A DNA stretch of 63,245 nucleotides, filler included, from Pseudomonadota bacterium (GTDB lineage Bacteria; Bdellovibrionota_F; JAHFAK01; JBDREC01), in assembly GCA_043820105.1 (NCBI GenBank). It is 4 parts of 4 records of this genome, joined end to end, with 100 filler letters (N's around TTAATTAATTAA, not from the genome) between each part and the next. Parts side by side here need not be neighbours in the genome. Positions count along the whole stretch, not along the records: positions 29,530 to 58,426 come from JBDREC010000095.1; positions 58,527 to 61,065 come from JBDREC010000101.1; positions 61,166 to 63,245 come from JBDREC010000112.1; 1 more part is not named here. The stretch is one strand, 5' to 3'. The position numbers and the translations under genes are program-made. Below the pieces are notes generated by a model. That model did not search any database. It had not been told where the DNA came from and saw only the letters and a program-made list of their open reading frames with translations. Positions 50,888 through 61,221 of the stretch are shown in pieces (the first letter of the stretch is position 1; each line of letters begins with the position of its first letter).

Positions 50888-52147
50888 TTATAAATTAAAA
50901 AATCGTTTAAAAGCCTCTAAATATCTTGCAGAATCTGATTCTTTGCTTGTTTCTTTTAGTTTTGTAATAGGATCGTGTGAGATTTTTTTTGTAAGAGATT
51001 TTGTTAGATAATCAATTTTTTCTTTATCATCTTCTGATAAATGAGAAAGTTTCGTAAATATTTTTTCAAGTTCATTTTCTCTGATCTGTGAAACCTTTTT
51101 TGAATAAGATAAAATCAATGGTGTAGCATCCAAAGTATCAAGCCAATCACAAAAGACCTGGACTTCAGTTTTAATAATTTCGTTTGCCTTATCAACTTCT
51201 TTGTTTCGCTCATTCATATTACCATTAATGATTTCCTTGAGATCATCAATGTTATATAAATATACGTTATCAATGTCATGAATACAGGGTTCTATATTTC
51301 GAGGAACCGAAATATCAATAAAAAACATTGGTCTTTGTTTTCTTTGCTTTATTATTTCTTTAATGTCTTCGCAATTAATTAGAAAATCAGAAGATCCTGT
51401 TGATGTTATGACAATATCTGATTCAAATAATTTATCTTTTATCTTTTCAAATTCAAATGCCCTTGCATTTATTTTCCGCGCTAGACTTTCAGCATTTTCA
51501 AATGTTCTGCTTGTTATAAAAATTTCAGAAAGATTCTTTTTAACCATGGAAGTTGCAATTATTTCAGCCATTTCCCCTGTTCCAATAAGACAAAGCTTTT
51601 TATCTGTAAAATCATCAAATAGCTGACAAGCCAAATTAACAGCAAGAGAACTTACTGATGCGCATGTTTCCCCAATCTTGGTTTCTGTTTTAACCCTTTT
51701 GCCAGTTGAGAAACTCTTTTCAAAAAGCTTTCTTAATAAAACACCAAGGCTTCCAAGGCTTGAAGCGTTTTTAAAGGCATCTTTTACTTGAGCAGTTATT
51801 TGAGTTTCACCAACAACCATAGAATCTATGCTCGATGTAACTTTAAAAATATGTTCAATACATTTTAGTCCCTCATGAATATAAAGATATGCACTTATTT
51901 CTTTTGAACTTAAGGAAGCTTTCTCCACCAAATGTAATAAAACAGCTCCTTGACTTGCTTCAATATTATTTGTTGAAAGATAAATCTCAAGCCTATTGCA
52001 GGTTAGCAAAACAAGTGCCTCATTAATAAAATCATTTTCTTTGAGATTTAAAAGAAGATTTTTTTGTTCTTCTTTGGAAAAAGCAAACCTCTCCCTTATA
52101 TCAACTGAAGCGCTTTTATGATTTAAACCAATAACAACTAATGACAT
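50888..52147 (-). CDS. hemA: Glutamyl-tRNA reductase
   Basis: GLNHKSA, TCNRLE, SMVVGETQI, DISVPRNI. Confidence 0.95.
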   Translation of the reverse strand: MSLVVIGLNHKSASVDIRERFAFSKEEQKNLLLNLKENDFINEALVLLTCNRLEIYLSTNNIEASQGAVLLHLVEKASLSSKEISAYLYIHEGLKCIEHIFKVTSSIDSMVVGETQITAQVKDAFKNASSLGSLGVLLRKLFEKSFSTGKRVKTETKIGETCASVSSLAVNLACQLFDDFTDKKLCLIGTGEMAEIIATSMVKKNLSEIFITSRTFENAESLARKINARAFEFEKIKDKLFESDIVITSTGSSDFLINCEDIKEIIKQRKQRPMFFIDISVPRNIEPCIHDIDNVYLYNIDDLKEIINGNMNERNKEVDKANEIIKTEVQVFCDWLDTLDATPLILSYSKKVSQIRENELEKIFTKLSHLSEDDKEKIDYLTKSLTKKISHDPITKLKETSKESDSARYLEAFKRFFNL

Positions 52148-52153
52148 AAGCAC

Positions 52154-52978
52154 CTAAAAAAACATATGCATTTGTGACATAAAATTTACGCAAAAAAGCG
52201 AAATTAAAATTACTATAAATCCAATTATTGAAGCAAGGGCTGCTTTTCTTCCTCTAAACCCCTTAGTAAACCTAAGATGCAGAATTAATAAATATATAAA
52301 CCAGGTCACAACAGAGATAACTTCTTTTGGATCCCAGCCCCATAGTCTTCCTAGAATGGAATTAGCCCACACAATGCCAGATACAATTCCAACGGTTAAA
52401 AAGATAAAACCTAATTTTAAGCTTTTATAATTCAGTTCATCTAACTTATTTACTGAAGGAAAATTTGCGGACAAAAACCCAAGAGGTTTTTTGCTTTTCA
52501 AACGCCTTTCATGGATAATATATGAAAAAGAATAAAATGTAGCTAAAGCAAAAAAGGTGTAGCCAATAAAAGCTGTAATCACATGAATCGGAAACCATAG
52601 ATTTTTAAAAATTGGATCAACATTTGCATTTGAGGGCTCCATGGTTAAAACAACAAAGAACATAAATATTATTACAAACAAACCCAAAAACAAATTTAAC
52701 ATAAAAGCTTTATAAAAATATTGTGTATAAAGATATGCACAAACCACTATAATAAGAAAAAACGAAACAGATTCAGGAAGGGTAATAACAGGAAGAACCG
52801 ATATATCCATCCATCTTAAAATAAAAGATATTAAGTGAAATAAAAGCCCAACATTTGTTGATATCTTTCCATATAACAAAACCTTTTCGCTTTTTGCCTT
52901 CAAATAAACAAATGAAGAAACAATATTAAGAACATAAAAGAAAAACGCCATTTTAATAAAAATTAAATCCAAAACCAA
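52154..52978 (-). CDS. ccsA: Cytochrome c biogenesis protein CcsA-like (hemA-linked paralog)
   Basis: WGWDPKE WWD motif, multiple TMs. Confidence 0.85.
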   Translation of the reverse strand: MVLDLIFIKMAFFFYVLNIVSSFVYLKAKSEKVLLYGKISTNVGLLFHLISFILRWMDISVLPVITLPESVSFFLIIVVCAYLYTQYFYKAFMLNLFLGLFVIIFMFFVVLTMEPSNANVDPIFKNLWFPIHVITAFIGYTFFALATFYSFSYIIHERRLKSKKPLGFLSANFPSVNKLDELNYKSLKLGFIFLTVGIVSGIVWANSILGRLWGWDPKEVISVVTWFIYLLILHLRFTKGFRGRKAALASIIGFIVILISLFCVNFMSQMHMFF

Positions 52979-53007
52979 TCCTATTATTACATCAATGTAT
53001 TCTCTTC

Positions 53008-53040
53008 ACGCCGTACGCCGTACGCTGTACGCTGTACGCT
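53008..53040. repeat. 7-bp tandem repeat ACGCYGT, about 4.7 units
   Basis: acgccgt acgccgt acgctgt acgctgt acgct, abutting the stop of 53041-53847. Confidence 0.85.
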
Positions 53041-53847
53041 CTATGCATAAGAATGCAATCCACTTAATAAAAAATTAACCCCAATATAAGTAAACAAAAC
53101 AAATATAAACCCAATCGTTGCAAAAACATTAATTATTATTAGCTTATATTTATTATCAATATTAAACTTTTTCATTACATTTGGCAAAGTCTTAGGAAGA
53201 TGCAAATAATTCAAATAAACTATCCAAGTAATCAAGGACCACATTTCTTTTGGATCCCAGCTCCAATAATCACCCCATGCCTCTTTTGCCCAAATTGAAC
53301 CAGTGACAAGACCAATGGTTAAAAAAGGAAATGCGAAAGAAATCAGTTTATATGTGATGTTATTAAAATCAATATCTTTGAAAACTTTCAGAAAAAATAG
53401 AATTGATGTAACAAAGGAAATAGCTAAAGCGCCATAGCCTATGAAATAAGAAACAACGTGAGTTATCAGCCAGTTACTTTGAAGAGCAGGAATAAGTGGC
53501 ATTACTTTATCGTCAGCAAAAAAAGAAGCATAGGCTATTGAAGATAGTGCTAACAAGGCTGAAAAAATCCCAATCTTTTTTAAATTATAAATCTTTTCAA
53601 AAATAATATGTATTAAGGCAATCGAAAACGCCCAAAAGAGCATTGTTTCATACATATTAGAAAACGGAGGATATCCAGAATCAAACCAACGTTTTGAAAT
53701 GGCAACTACATTAAAAGCAAAGCCATGAATAAAAGTAACATAAGCTAAAAAAGCCACTTTATTATTTTTAGATAAAACATAAAATAGATACAATATAACA
53801 GTTATTAAATATGCCAAAAATGTACTATTTACCAATGTAAGATTCAT
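53041..53847 (-). CDS. ccsA: Cytochrome c synthase CcsA/ResC (system II)
   Basis: PFSNMYE, PALQSNWL..H, WSWDPKE, GLHSYA. Confidence 0.9.
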   Translation of the reverse strand: MNLTLVNSTFLAYLITVILYLFYVLSKNNKVAFLAYVTFIHGFAFNVVAISKRWFDSGYPPFSNMYETMLFWAFSIALIHIIFEKIYNLKKIGIFSALLALSSIAYASFFADDKVMPLIPALQSNWLITHVVSYFIGYGALAISFVTSILFFLKVFKDIDFNNITYKLISFAFPFLTIGLVTGSIWAKEAWGDYWSWDPKEMWSLITWIVYLNYLHLPKTLPNVMKKFNIDNKYKLIIINVFATIGFIFVLFTYIGVNFLLSGLHSYA

Positions 53848-53870
53848 AAACTCCTCATCTTATAAAACTA

Positions 53871-53895
53871 GATCCTGAAACAAGTTCAGGATGAC
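53871..53895 (-). repeat. 25-bp REP-like palindrome, copy 2
   Basis: GATCCTGAAACAAGTTCAGGATGAC. Confidence 0.85.
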
Positions 53896-53900
53896 AATAA

Positions 53901-53925
53901 CTTACCACTTACCACTTACCACTTA
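53901..53925 (+). repeat. 7-bp tandem repeat CTTACCA overlapping the resB stop
   Basis: (cttacca)x3 ctta. Confidence 0.8.
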
Positions 53926-54910
53926 TAAGAGGTTTAACATAAAAAATAAAAACCACCCCAAGGCAAAGCAATAAAAACCCAAAATAAATTATCCAAAGCC
54001 CGGGATCTTTAACAACTTCAAGACCTGACCACAATTGACTTTCCTGGTCATAGCTATTCTGATAAAATCTATATCCTTTATATTCAAGGGGATCATTAAC
54101 CTCAATTGTTTTTCTTAAAACCTCTTTTTCGTCTTCTAATATTACCAGAGTACTTTTAAAGTCCTTTATCCTTGAAGGCCTTTGGTCTGTGAAATAAGCA
54201 ATATCCAATCCTGACCTATGTTCACTCATAGTCATGCCTGGAAACTTCGCAAATACCCACCTTTTTTCAACCTTATCACCCTCATGAATCTTAACATAAA
54301 TTGCAGGATTAACAGGATTTTCATCTCTGGAGCCAAATTCTTTTGTTTTAAGATCAATAAAAAAATGAGGTTCATAACGAACAATTTCTATGCTAGCCAT
54401 TTGATAAAAATCTATTTTTTTATTAATCTCAACATTTTCGGACACCTGTTTTTTTTCATCAGAAGTTCTAATAAAAATTCTTCCCAAAGATTTAGAGGCC
54501 ATATCTTCTTCATATCTTTCGAGCTTAAACTCTTCTAAAGCAATATGAAAATCTAGCTTAACAGGCTTTTTATCAATATAAAAATGATCAGACATTTCAT
54601 TTACTTCTAATGATAAAAAACCTTTTTGGCCAAAAACTGCGCCAACAATTCCACCAATTAAGATTATAATTACAGCAAGATGCGTAAGTAAAAACCCAAG
54701 ATTTCTAAATGTTAATTTTCTTTTATAAAAGGTGCAGACTAAGATATTTAAACCCAAAGCACCCAAGATAGAAATAAACCACCAGGAATGATAAACAAAT
54801 TTCAAGGCGTCTTGCTGATTTACCAGGGTTCCAGCAATTGAGCCAAAGATTAACAGAATAAATAATACAATTGTTAATTGTAAACTTGCTAAAAATTTAA
54901 TCATAAACAC
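53909..54910 (-). CDS. resB: Cytochrome c biogenesis protein ResB/Ccs1
   Basis: VYHSWWF, TH, IEVNDPL, FYQNSY, DPG. Confidence 0.9.
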   Translation of the reverse strand: MFMIKFLASLQLTIVLFILLIFGSIAGTLVNQQDALKFVYHSWWFISILGALGLNILVCTFYKRKLTFRNLGFLLTHLAVIIILIGGIVGAVFGQKGFLSLEVNEMSDHFYIDKKPVKLDFHIALEEFKLERYEEDMASKSLGRIFIRTSDEKKQVSENVEINKKIDFYQMASIEIVRYEPHFFIDLKTKEFGSRDENPVNPAIYVKIHEGDKVEKRWVFAKFPGMTMSEHRSGLDIAYFTDQRPSRIKDFKSTLVILEDEKEVLRKTIEVNDPLEYKGYRFYQNSYDQESQLWSGLEVVKDPGLWIIYFGFLLLCLGVVFIFYVKPLISGKW

Positions 54911-55072
54911 TTAATAACAATGAATTTTTTAGGTTTAATATATAGATTACAATACAATGTCAAACATATATATAGAATTCTGAGTTCTTGGCTCTATGTT
55001 CTTCTTTCTAATAAATTGATTTTTATTTTATATAATAATAAGTTTTATTAATAAAATTTACATGGAGACAAA

Positions 55073-56101
55073 ATGTCCTTTAATCATATTGAATGGCAAA
55101 ACGATTCCCTGGTTCTGCTTGATCAAAGAAAACTTCCTGTTTCTGAAGAATATATTACTTGTAAAAATTATGAAGATGTTGCAGTTTCAATTGAAAACAT
55201 GACAGTGAGGGGTGCGCCAGCCATTGGAGTTTGCGCTGCCTTTGGGATTACGGTGGCCTTTAATGAAAAACCTGCTGATGAGCTGGATATCTATTTTGAA
55301 AAAGTTCATGGCCGCCTGCACAGAACACGACCAACAGCTGTTAATCTGTTTTGGGCTCTAAAGAAAATGAGGCTTTGTTTTAATGAACACAAAAACAATT
55401 ATTTTGAAGCTTTAAAAAAAGCTTTACTAAAAGAAGCCTTAGATATTCAAACAAATGACATTGAAATGAACCATTGCATTGGCAAACATGGCAGCAAACT
55501 AATAAAAAATAATGATACTATTTTAACTATATGCAATGCAGGGGCGCTTGCTACAGCTGGTTTTGGCACAGCCCTTGGCGTTATTAGACAGGCACATATT
55601 GATGGAAAAAACATTAAAGTATATGCCTTAGAAACCAGACCTTTACTCCAAGGAGCTAGACTTACAGCCTGGGAACTGCAAAAAGATGGCATTGATGTAA
55701 CCTTAATAACAGATGGAATGGCAGGTCACTTAATGCAAAAGGGGGAAATAAATTGTGTTATTTGTGGCTCGGATAGAGTTGCAGCAAATGGTGATACTGC
55801 AAATAAAATTGGCACATATTCTCAAGCTGTGCTTGCTAAATATCATAAAATACCATTTTACCCTGCAATGCCTTCATCAACAATTGACTTAAATTGTCCC
55901 TGTGGCAGTGAAATTCCAATTGAAGAAAGAGAAAGAACCGAGATAACACACGTTTTTGGCAAACAAATAGCTCCAAAGGATATTAAAATCTATAATCCTG
56001 CCTTTGATGTTACACCAGCTGAGCTGATTACGGCACTTATAACTGAAAAGGGAGTGATTTATCCTCCATTTGAAAATAAGATAAGGGAGATATTTTGTTA
56101 A
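55073..56101 (+). CDS. mtnA: Methylthioribose-1-phosphate isomerase
   Basis: LLDQRKLP, VRGAPAIG, RPTAVNL, ETRPLLQGARLTAWE, NPAFDVTP. Confidence 0.95.
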   Translation: MSFNHIEWQNDSLVLLDQRKLPVSEEYITCKNYEDVAVSIENMTVRGAPAIGVCAAFGITVAFNEKPADELDIYFEKVHGRLHRTRPTAVNLFWALKKMRLCFNEHKNNYFEALKKALLKEALDIQTNDIEMNHCIGKHGSKLIKNNDTILTICNAGALATAGFGTALGVIRQAHIDGKNIKVYALETRPLLQGARLTAWELQKDGIDVTLITDGMAGHLMQKGEINCVICGSDRVAANGDTANKIGTYSQAVLAKYHKIPFYPAMPSSTIDLNCPCGSEIPIEERERTEITHVFGKQIAPKDIKIYNPAFDVTPAELITALITEKGVIYPPFENKIREIFC

Positions 56102-56523
56102 AAAAAAGTATGGCGTTTAATTTATTGGTGTTTTCTGTTTTATTTGTTTCTTGTGTTACTCATGTTGAAACTGGAAAGAATGGGGCTATTAGGGCAAATG
56201 CAATTATAAAAAGCACTAGACATGAAATACAAGCAGCCCTTAAAGAAACGATACAGGAAGAGCTTGGTTTTGAAGTTAATTATGCAGATTCTCTACATGG
56301 AAACCTCGCCACTACCTACAGGTATGACAATTCCAACAGAATTAGAATTTCACTTAATACAAGCATTAGAAAACTAAATGAAAATGAGTATTTTATTTCG
56401 GTTTATAAAAAAGAAGAACGACTTGCGGGGACGCCACAGAAATGGCTTCCAGTGCCCTCTGATGGCACCCTAGAAACAAAAATAATTGTGTCCCTTGAAA
56501 ATAAACTAAAGAAAGAGAAATAA
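56095..56523 (+). CDS. Hypothetical lipoprotein
   Basis: Lipobox FVSC. Confidence 0.65.
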   Translation: MLKKSMAFNLLVFSVLFVSCVTHVETGKNGAIRANAIIKSTRHEIQAALKETIQEELGFEVNYADSLHGNLATTYRYDNSNRIRISLNTSIRKLNENEYFISVYKKEERLAGTPQKWLPVPSDGTLETKIIVSLENKLKKEK

Positions 56524-56525
56524 AA

Positions 56526-58426
56526 ATGCCAAAAGTTTACAGAGAACCTTTAAAAAAAGATAAAAAAGAACCTGCAAAAAATATGCAAACAAAGAAATTC
56601 GATATTTATGATCATAAACCTGCTATTATTATTGCTTTTATTGTATTGGTTATTTTAGGTTTATTATTTTTAGTTACAAAATATTCAAAGAATTTCAGAA
56701 CAACTGACATTGAAGGAAATATTGTTAAAGAGCAGCTAGAGGAAATTGAAGAATTAGGAATACCTGAGCTATCATACGCTGACAAAGAATATTTAATTGC
56801 TACTTCAAAAAAAGCTATTAGCAATTTCCTTGAAAGCAATAAGCCTGATTCAAACTGGCCTGAAAAATACAATAACATGAAAAATAAGGTTTATGTTACA
56901 TTTAGAAATAAAGGAAATTTACTTAGCTCCTGGTCATCACAAAAAAATAATCTGGCTGAAACAATTTACAAGGCAACAACGGAAAACCTTCAATCTCTGG
57001 CATTAAAAACCAAGTTAAATGAAGATATGATAAAAAATGTGCAAATCCATATTCACATTTTAAGCAGCCAAAGGCCATTAGGCGCAGGCTATGTTCATGG
57101 CTTACACGGTTTGCAATTTAGCAAAGGCTCGTTATCAGCCACATATACAAACTCAAAAGCAATTGAAGGTAACTATAAAAAAGAAAAGCTTTTTGCAAAG
57201 TTATGTGAAAAAGCGCGGCTACCTGAAACTTGTCATAATGACCCAAGTGTCATTAAATATTATTTTGACACTCTTCACTTTGGAGAAGTTTTAACTTCCA
57301 ATAAAATTATCACCTTTTTTAAATCTTCGGTTCATGATGAAAACATTAATATAACTTATGATAAAATAAAAAACTCTTTAAATCTAGCTGAAAAGTGGTT
57401 AGTTGATAACCTTGAAGATACGGGTAAGTTTATTTATGTCTACAACCCATCTAATGGAACTTATTCCCAAAACAATAACATGATCAGGCAACTTATGGGT
57501 TCTCGTGCTCTAGCTGAAATGGCCATGAAAGATAAGAGCTTATTAAAAAAACATAAAAAGAATTTGGAATATATCTTCAAACATTGGTACTTTGAAGAAG
57601 GCGATAAAGGTTATATTTTATATAAAGACAAATCAAAATTAGGTGGAATCGCAATTGCCCTGAGAACCTTAATATATAGTCCCTATTTTGAGGATTACAA
57701 GGATAAAGCAAAAAAGCTATTCAAAACAATTTTATTCTTACAAAATGAAGATGGCTCATTTGAACCCTGGTATAAACTTCCTCATAATTATAATTATGAC
57801 AAGGAACGCTTGTTAAACTTTTATTCAGGTGAAGCGCTGCTTGCTATGACCGAGTATTATGAGAAAATAAAAGATCCTGCGATTTTAAAAGCCACAACAA
57901 GATCTCAAGATTTTTATATTGTTAGATATGTTAAGAATATGAAAAATTACTATTACCCAGCATATGTTCCATGGCACACACAATCTTTGAACAAGCTTTA
58001 CAAAATCACTAAGAACAAAAAATATGCAAAGGCTATCTTTATCATGAATGATGAGCTTTTAAAAATTCAGAATCAAAATGGAAAACCAACAAAAGATCTT
58101 TTAGGCAGATTTTACTCACCTGCCCATCCTCATTATGGAACGCCACACTCGGCATCTGATGGTGTTTATACTGAAGGTGTAGCCTATGCCTATGAAATTG
58201 CCAAAATAGAAAATGATGAATTTCATAAAAAGAAATATAAAGATGCCATAATCCTGGGTGTCCATAATCTAATAAATCTTCAATATGTTCCTCCTAAAAT
58301 GTATTATATGGAATATCCCGAGAGAGTCTATGGCGCTATTCGATTTAGAGCTTCAGACAACAGAATCCGAACAGATACAACTCAGCATATGATTGATGCT
58401 TTTACTCATATTTTAAAAGTTTTTAA
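56526..58426 (+). CDS. Membrane-anchored AMMECR1-like plus six-hairpin-like protein, cut by contig end
   Basis: TM near N-terminus; VYVTFRNKG...GLHGL...KLCEKA; FIYVYNP, YSGEALLA, RTDTTQH. Confidence 0.55.
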
Positions 58427-58526
58427 NNNNNNNNNNNNNNNNNNNNNNNNNNNNNNNNNNNNNNNNNNNNTTAATTAATTAANNNNNNNNNNNNNNNNNN
58501 NNNNNNNNNNNNNNNNNNNNNNNNNN
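58427..58526. other. Artificial contig spacer
   Basis: N-run with TTAATTAATTAA. Confidence 0.98.
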
Positions 58527-58714
58527 GGGAATACAATAAGCCTTTAATAATAAAATATTTTTATTGCTTGAATAAGGAGTGTGGGCATTAGCTTTTTGAA
58601 AAAGAGGTTTTGTAATGTTTTTTATGTGCCCGATCTATTGTTTAGGTATTCAAATTGGAGTTGATCCTTATTTTTAGACCCACTTTGTACTGGTCAATTT
58701 TGTAAGTAAGCTAA

Positions 58715-59008
58715 ATGGCCGGTTGGGACCCTGATACAGATAGCTATTTATCTGGAACTGGCTGGTACATTAATAGAAATAATATTTTCACAGATGGAAT
58801 TATATCTCTTGATTTAACAGGAGGTAGTGAACCTAATAAAACAGTTGGAATTTCTGTTTTTGATAAGACTCGGAATGTTGTTATGATAGATATTACAGAA
58901 TGTAGTGGACGAAAGATGATTTATTATTATGATTTAGATACTGGCTCTTTATATGAGTCTTCACCGACTTGTCCTCAAGATAAATCCATTGAACCTCAAA
59001 TATTTTAG
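58715..59008 (+). CDS. Hypothetical protein, possibly a fragment
   Basis: 97-aa ORF, no RBS or motif. Confidence 0.35.
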   Translation: MAGWDPDTDSYLSGTGWYINRNNIFTDGIISLDLTGGSEPNKTVGISVFDKTRNVVMIDITECSGRKMIYYYDLDTGSLYESSPTCPQDKSIEPQIF

Positions 59009-59079
59009 ATTAGCTTTGTCTTTATTTTATTCAACATATAAGAACATTTACAAAAATTGATAAATGTTCTTAACATTTA

Positions 59080-59592
59080 TCAGTTAACCCTTGGTTTAGC
59101 AATAGCCTGAAAACTATCTTGACTTTGTCTCCAGGCTGTTCTTGAAAAGCCTATTAAAGCACCATCTGATATCTTTGTTTCATCAACTCCCATTTCAGCA
59201 AGACTCCAGGTAACGGTGCTTCCTGAGATGCTTGCGGTGAAAAAGGCCCAGCTGCGATTGCCTGCACTTGTTTTGTCTGGTGCTTTTCCCATCATTGATA
59301 ATATCAAAATCTTGGGGCGTTCATCAAAACTTGGGTGCAAGAGGAGGGTGATTTTTGCTTTTAATAAAACATCATATGCAGTATAGCTTCCACCTGAAGG
59401 TAGTGTAATGATATTACAGTAATCTGATGCTGTTGAGTCATGCGAGTCAATTATCAAGCCGACTTGTATTCCTTCTTCTTGTGAGGAAGTTTTCAAATCA
59501 CTGACCAAGTTTTTACAATCTGCTGAATAAAGATTGTAGACGCAGAATAAAGATAAGATAAAAATAATAAATAAGTTTTGCAATTTAGACAT
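59080..59592 (-). CDS. Secreted DUF4430/transcobalamin C-terminal-like protein, putative B12-binding
   Basis: TAYDVL, ILSMMG, SWAFF, WSLAEMGVDETKISDG; downstream of a cobalamin riboswitch. Confidence 0.6.
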   Translation of the reverse strand: MSKLQNLFIIFILSLFCVYNLYSADCKNLVSDLKTSSQEEGIQVGLIIDSHDSTASDYCNIITLPSGGSYTAYDVLLKAKITLLLHPSFDERPKILILSMMGKAPDKTSAGNRSWAFFTASISGSTVTWSLAEMGVDETKISDGALIGFSRTAWRQSQDSFQAIAKPRVN

Positions 59593-59594
59593 AA

Positions 59595-60932
59595 TTAATT
59601 TTCTCCTGTATTTTGTTTATCTTTTGCTGTGTTAATTAATTCAACACTATCTATGTCAAAGCCTGGAAAATCTTCTTCAATATATTCCAGGGCCGCTTTA
59701 ACTTCTTCAGTCATTTGGAAGGCATCATGAATAATTATCTTTTTAGCAGCTGGCAAGTTTGTTACTGACAAATCAAATGGAATTTTAGCAGTTAAGCCAG
59801 TTATTAATCTTCCGAGTTTTACTAGTTCCCCATCCAGAGTAACAACAGACACATCTGCTTCTGATGAACTTGAGGAACTGGCTTCTGTAACAATAGAATG
59901 GATTATAAAATCAGGTCCCTCTTTATTAATAATAGCACCATTTTCTACATAAATTGTTAACTCTCCATTATAACCCAGGGCCTGAACTTTGGCTTTTTTA
60001 ATTTCAGGATCAAGTATTTTCATATCAACAGATAGGTTTGGAGCATTTGGAGGCCCTGATATGCGATTATAAATACTATCTTTATTGGAATTATCGCCTC
60101 TAAGGCCAATTCCTGCCTGAAAACCTTCTATAGAATACTCATATGACCCAAGTGCTTCTACTTTTTCTTCTTCTTCTTCTTCTTCTTTATTTTCCTCATC
60201 CTTTTCTTCATCTTTATCTAAATCATTATCTTCTTCTTTGTTTTCACTTTGATCATCATTAATACTAGTTTTAAAATAAGACTCAGGAATGAAATGAGCT
60301 AAATCGCTAAATTTTGTGTAGTTATTTTTTATTTCAGGATCAACTGGATTATTTTTAGCTTCAGCATTTCTAATATCCCTATGCTGTTTTATATTTTCAT
60401 GAGCTTCGTTTTTTGTGTTCGTCGAAGAATAGTATAGGTTGGAAAAATTATTTTTACTAGCTCCAGGTGTTTTTACCAAGGAATTATAATTTGAATTTAC
60501 TATGCGCTTTGTTGTTGCATAGGGCTCATGTCTATAATTAGCAATATTTTGAGAATTGCTTTTTTGTATTACATTTTCTTTTTTTAAAGATTGGATTATC
60601 CTATTTTCTTTTTCAGTATAGGTAAACATTTGCTTATTTTGAGAATTATTTGCTATTTTAATTTTTTCAGAATACTCGTTTTTGATTTTTTGGAAACGTT
60701 CATTCTTTTTAGAAAAAAGATCAGATACTGCATTTTCAGTTTTTTCTTTATTTGAGTCTAAAAGATGTTTTTCAGGATAATTTGAATTTGCTTCATCTAC
60801 TACATCAGAGGAAATATTTGATTTAAGGAGTCCAAATAACTTCGTTACTTCCATGGAATATTTTATTACAAGCAAAGAAGCAAAGAGACCTGCAGTAATT
60901 ATAAAGAAGAATTTGATTTTATGGAAAAACAA
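59595..60932 (-). CDS. Membrane-anchored surface protein, riboswitch-controlled
   Basis: TTG start with GGAGGA; N-terminal TM, low-complexity acidic linker, C-terminal GPDFII...FDL...GFDIDSV domain. Confidence 0.6.
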   Translation of the reverse strand: MFFHKIKFFFIITAGLFASLLVIKYSMEVTKLFGLLKSNISSDVVDEANSNYPEKHLLDSNKEKTENAVSDLFSKKNERFQKIKNEYSEKIKIANNSQNKQMFTYTEKENRIIQSLKKENVIQKSNSQNIANYRHEPYATTKRIVNSNYNSLVKTPGASKNNFSNLYYSSTNTKNEAHENIKQHRDIRNAEAKNNPVDPEIKNNYTKFSDLAHFIPESYFKTSINDDQSENKEEDNDLDKDEEKDEENKEEEEEEEKVEALGSYEYSIEGFQAGIGLRGDNSNKDSIYNRISGPPNAPNLSVDMKILDPEIKKAKVQALGYNGELTIYVENGAIINKEGPDFIIHSIVTEASSSSSSEADVSVVTLDGELVKLGRLITGLTAKIPFDLSVTNLPAAKKIIIHDAFQMTEEVKAALEYIEEDFPGFDIDSVELINTAKDKQNTGEN

Positions 60933-60951
60933 TTTTCCTCCGCGGGATTTT

Positions 60952-61045
60952 AGGCTTTGGCGAGTGGTCGGGCTTATAGAATATTTCTATTTACCGTTGC
61001 GGGACAGCACCGGATTCTCACCGGATTTTCCTCTATCCAAGCCAT
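60952..61045 (-). ncRNA. Cobalamin riboswitch
   Basis: Minus strand AGAGGAAAA-TCCGGTGAGAATCCGG-TGCTGTCCCGCAACGGTAA...AAGCCCGACCACTCGCC (B12-box). Confidence 0.9.
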
Positions 61046-61065
61046 TAGGTTTCAAAGTTGTTTCT

Positions 61066-61165
61066 NNNNNNNNNNNNNNNNNNNNNNNNNNNNNNNNNNN
61101 NNNNNNNNNTTAATTAATTAANNNNNNNNNNNNNNNNNNNNNNNNNNNNNNNNNNNNNNNNNNNN
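61066..61165. other. Artificial contig spacer
   Basis: N-run with TTAATTAATTAA. Confidence 0.98.
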
Positions 61166-61218
61166 AGTTCCTGTCGGAAAATTCCTTTTGTAATTGGAAT
61201 AACAGTTGCCAGTTTCAT
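61166..61218 (-). CDS. 5' end of a gene cut by the contig edge (possibly CPR-type PriA)
   Basis: MKLATVIPITKGIFRQE starts 3 bp after the PEGA gene stop; only 17 aa visible. Confidence 0.3.
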
Positions 61219-61221
61219 TTT

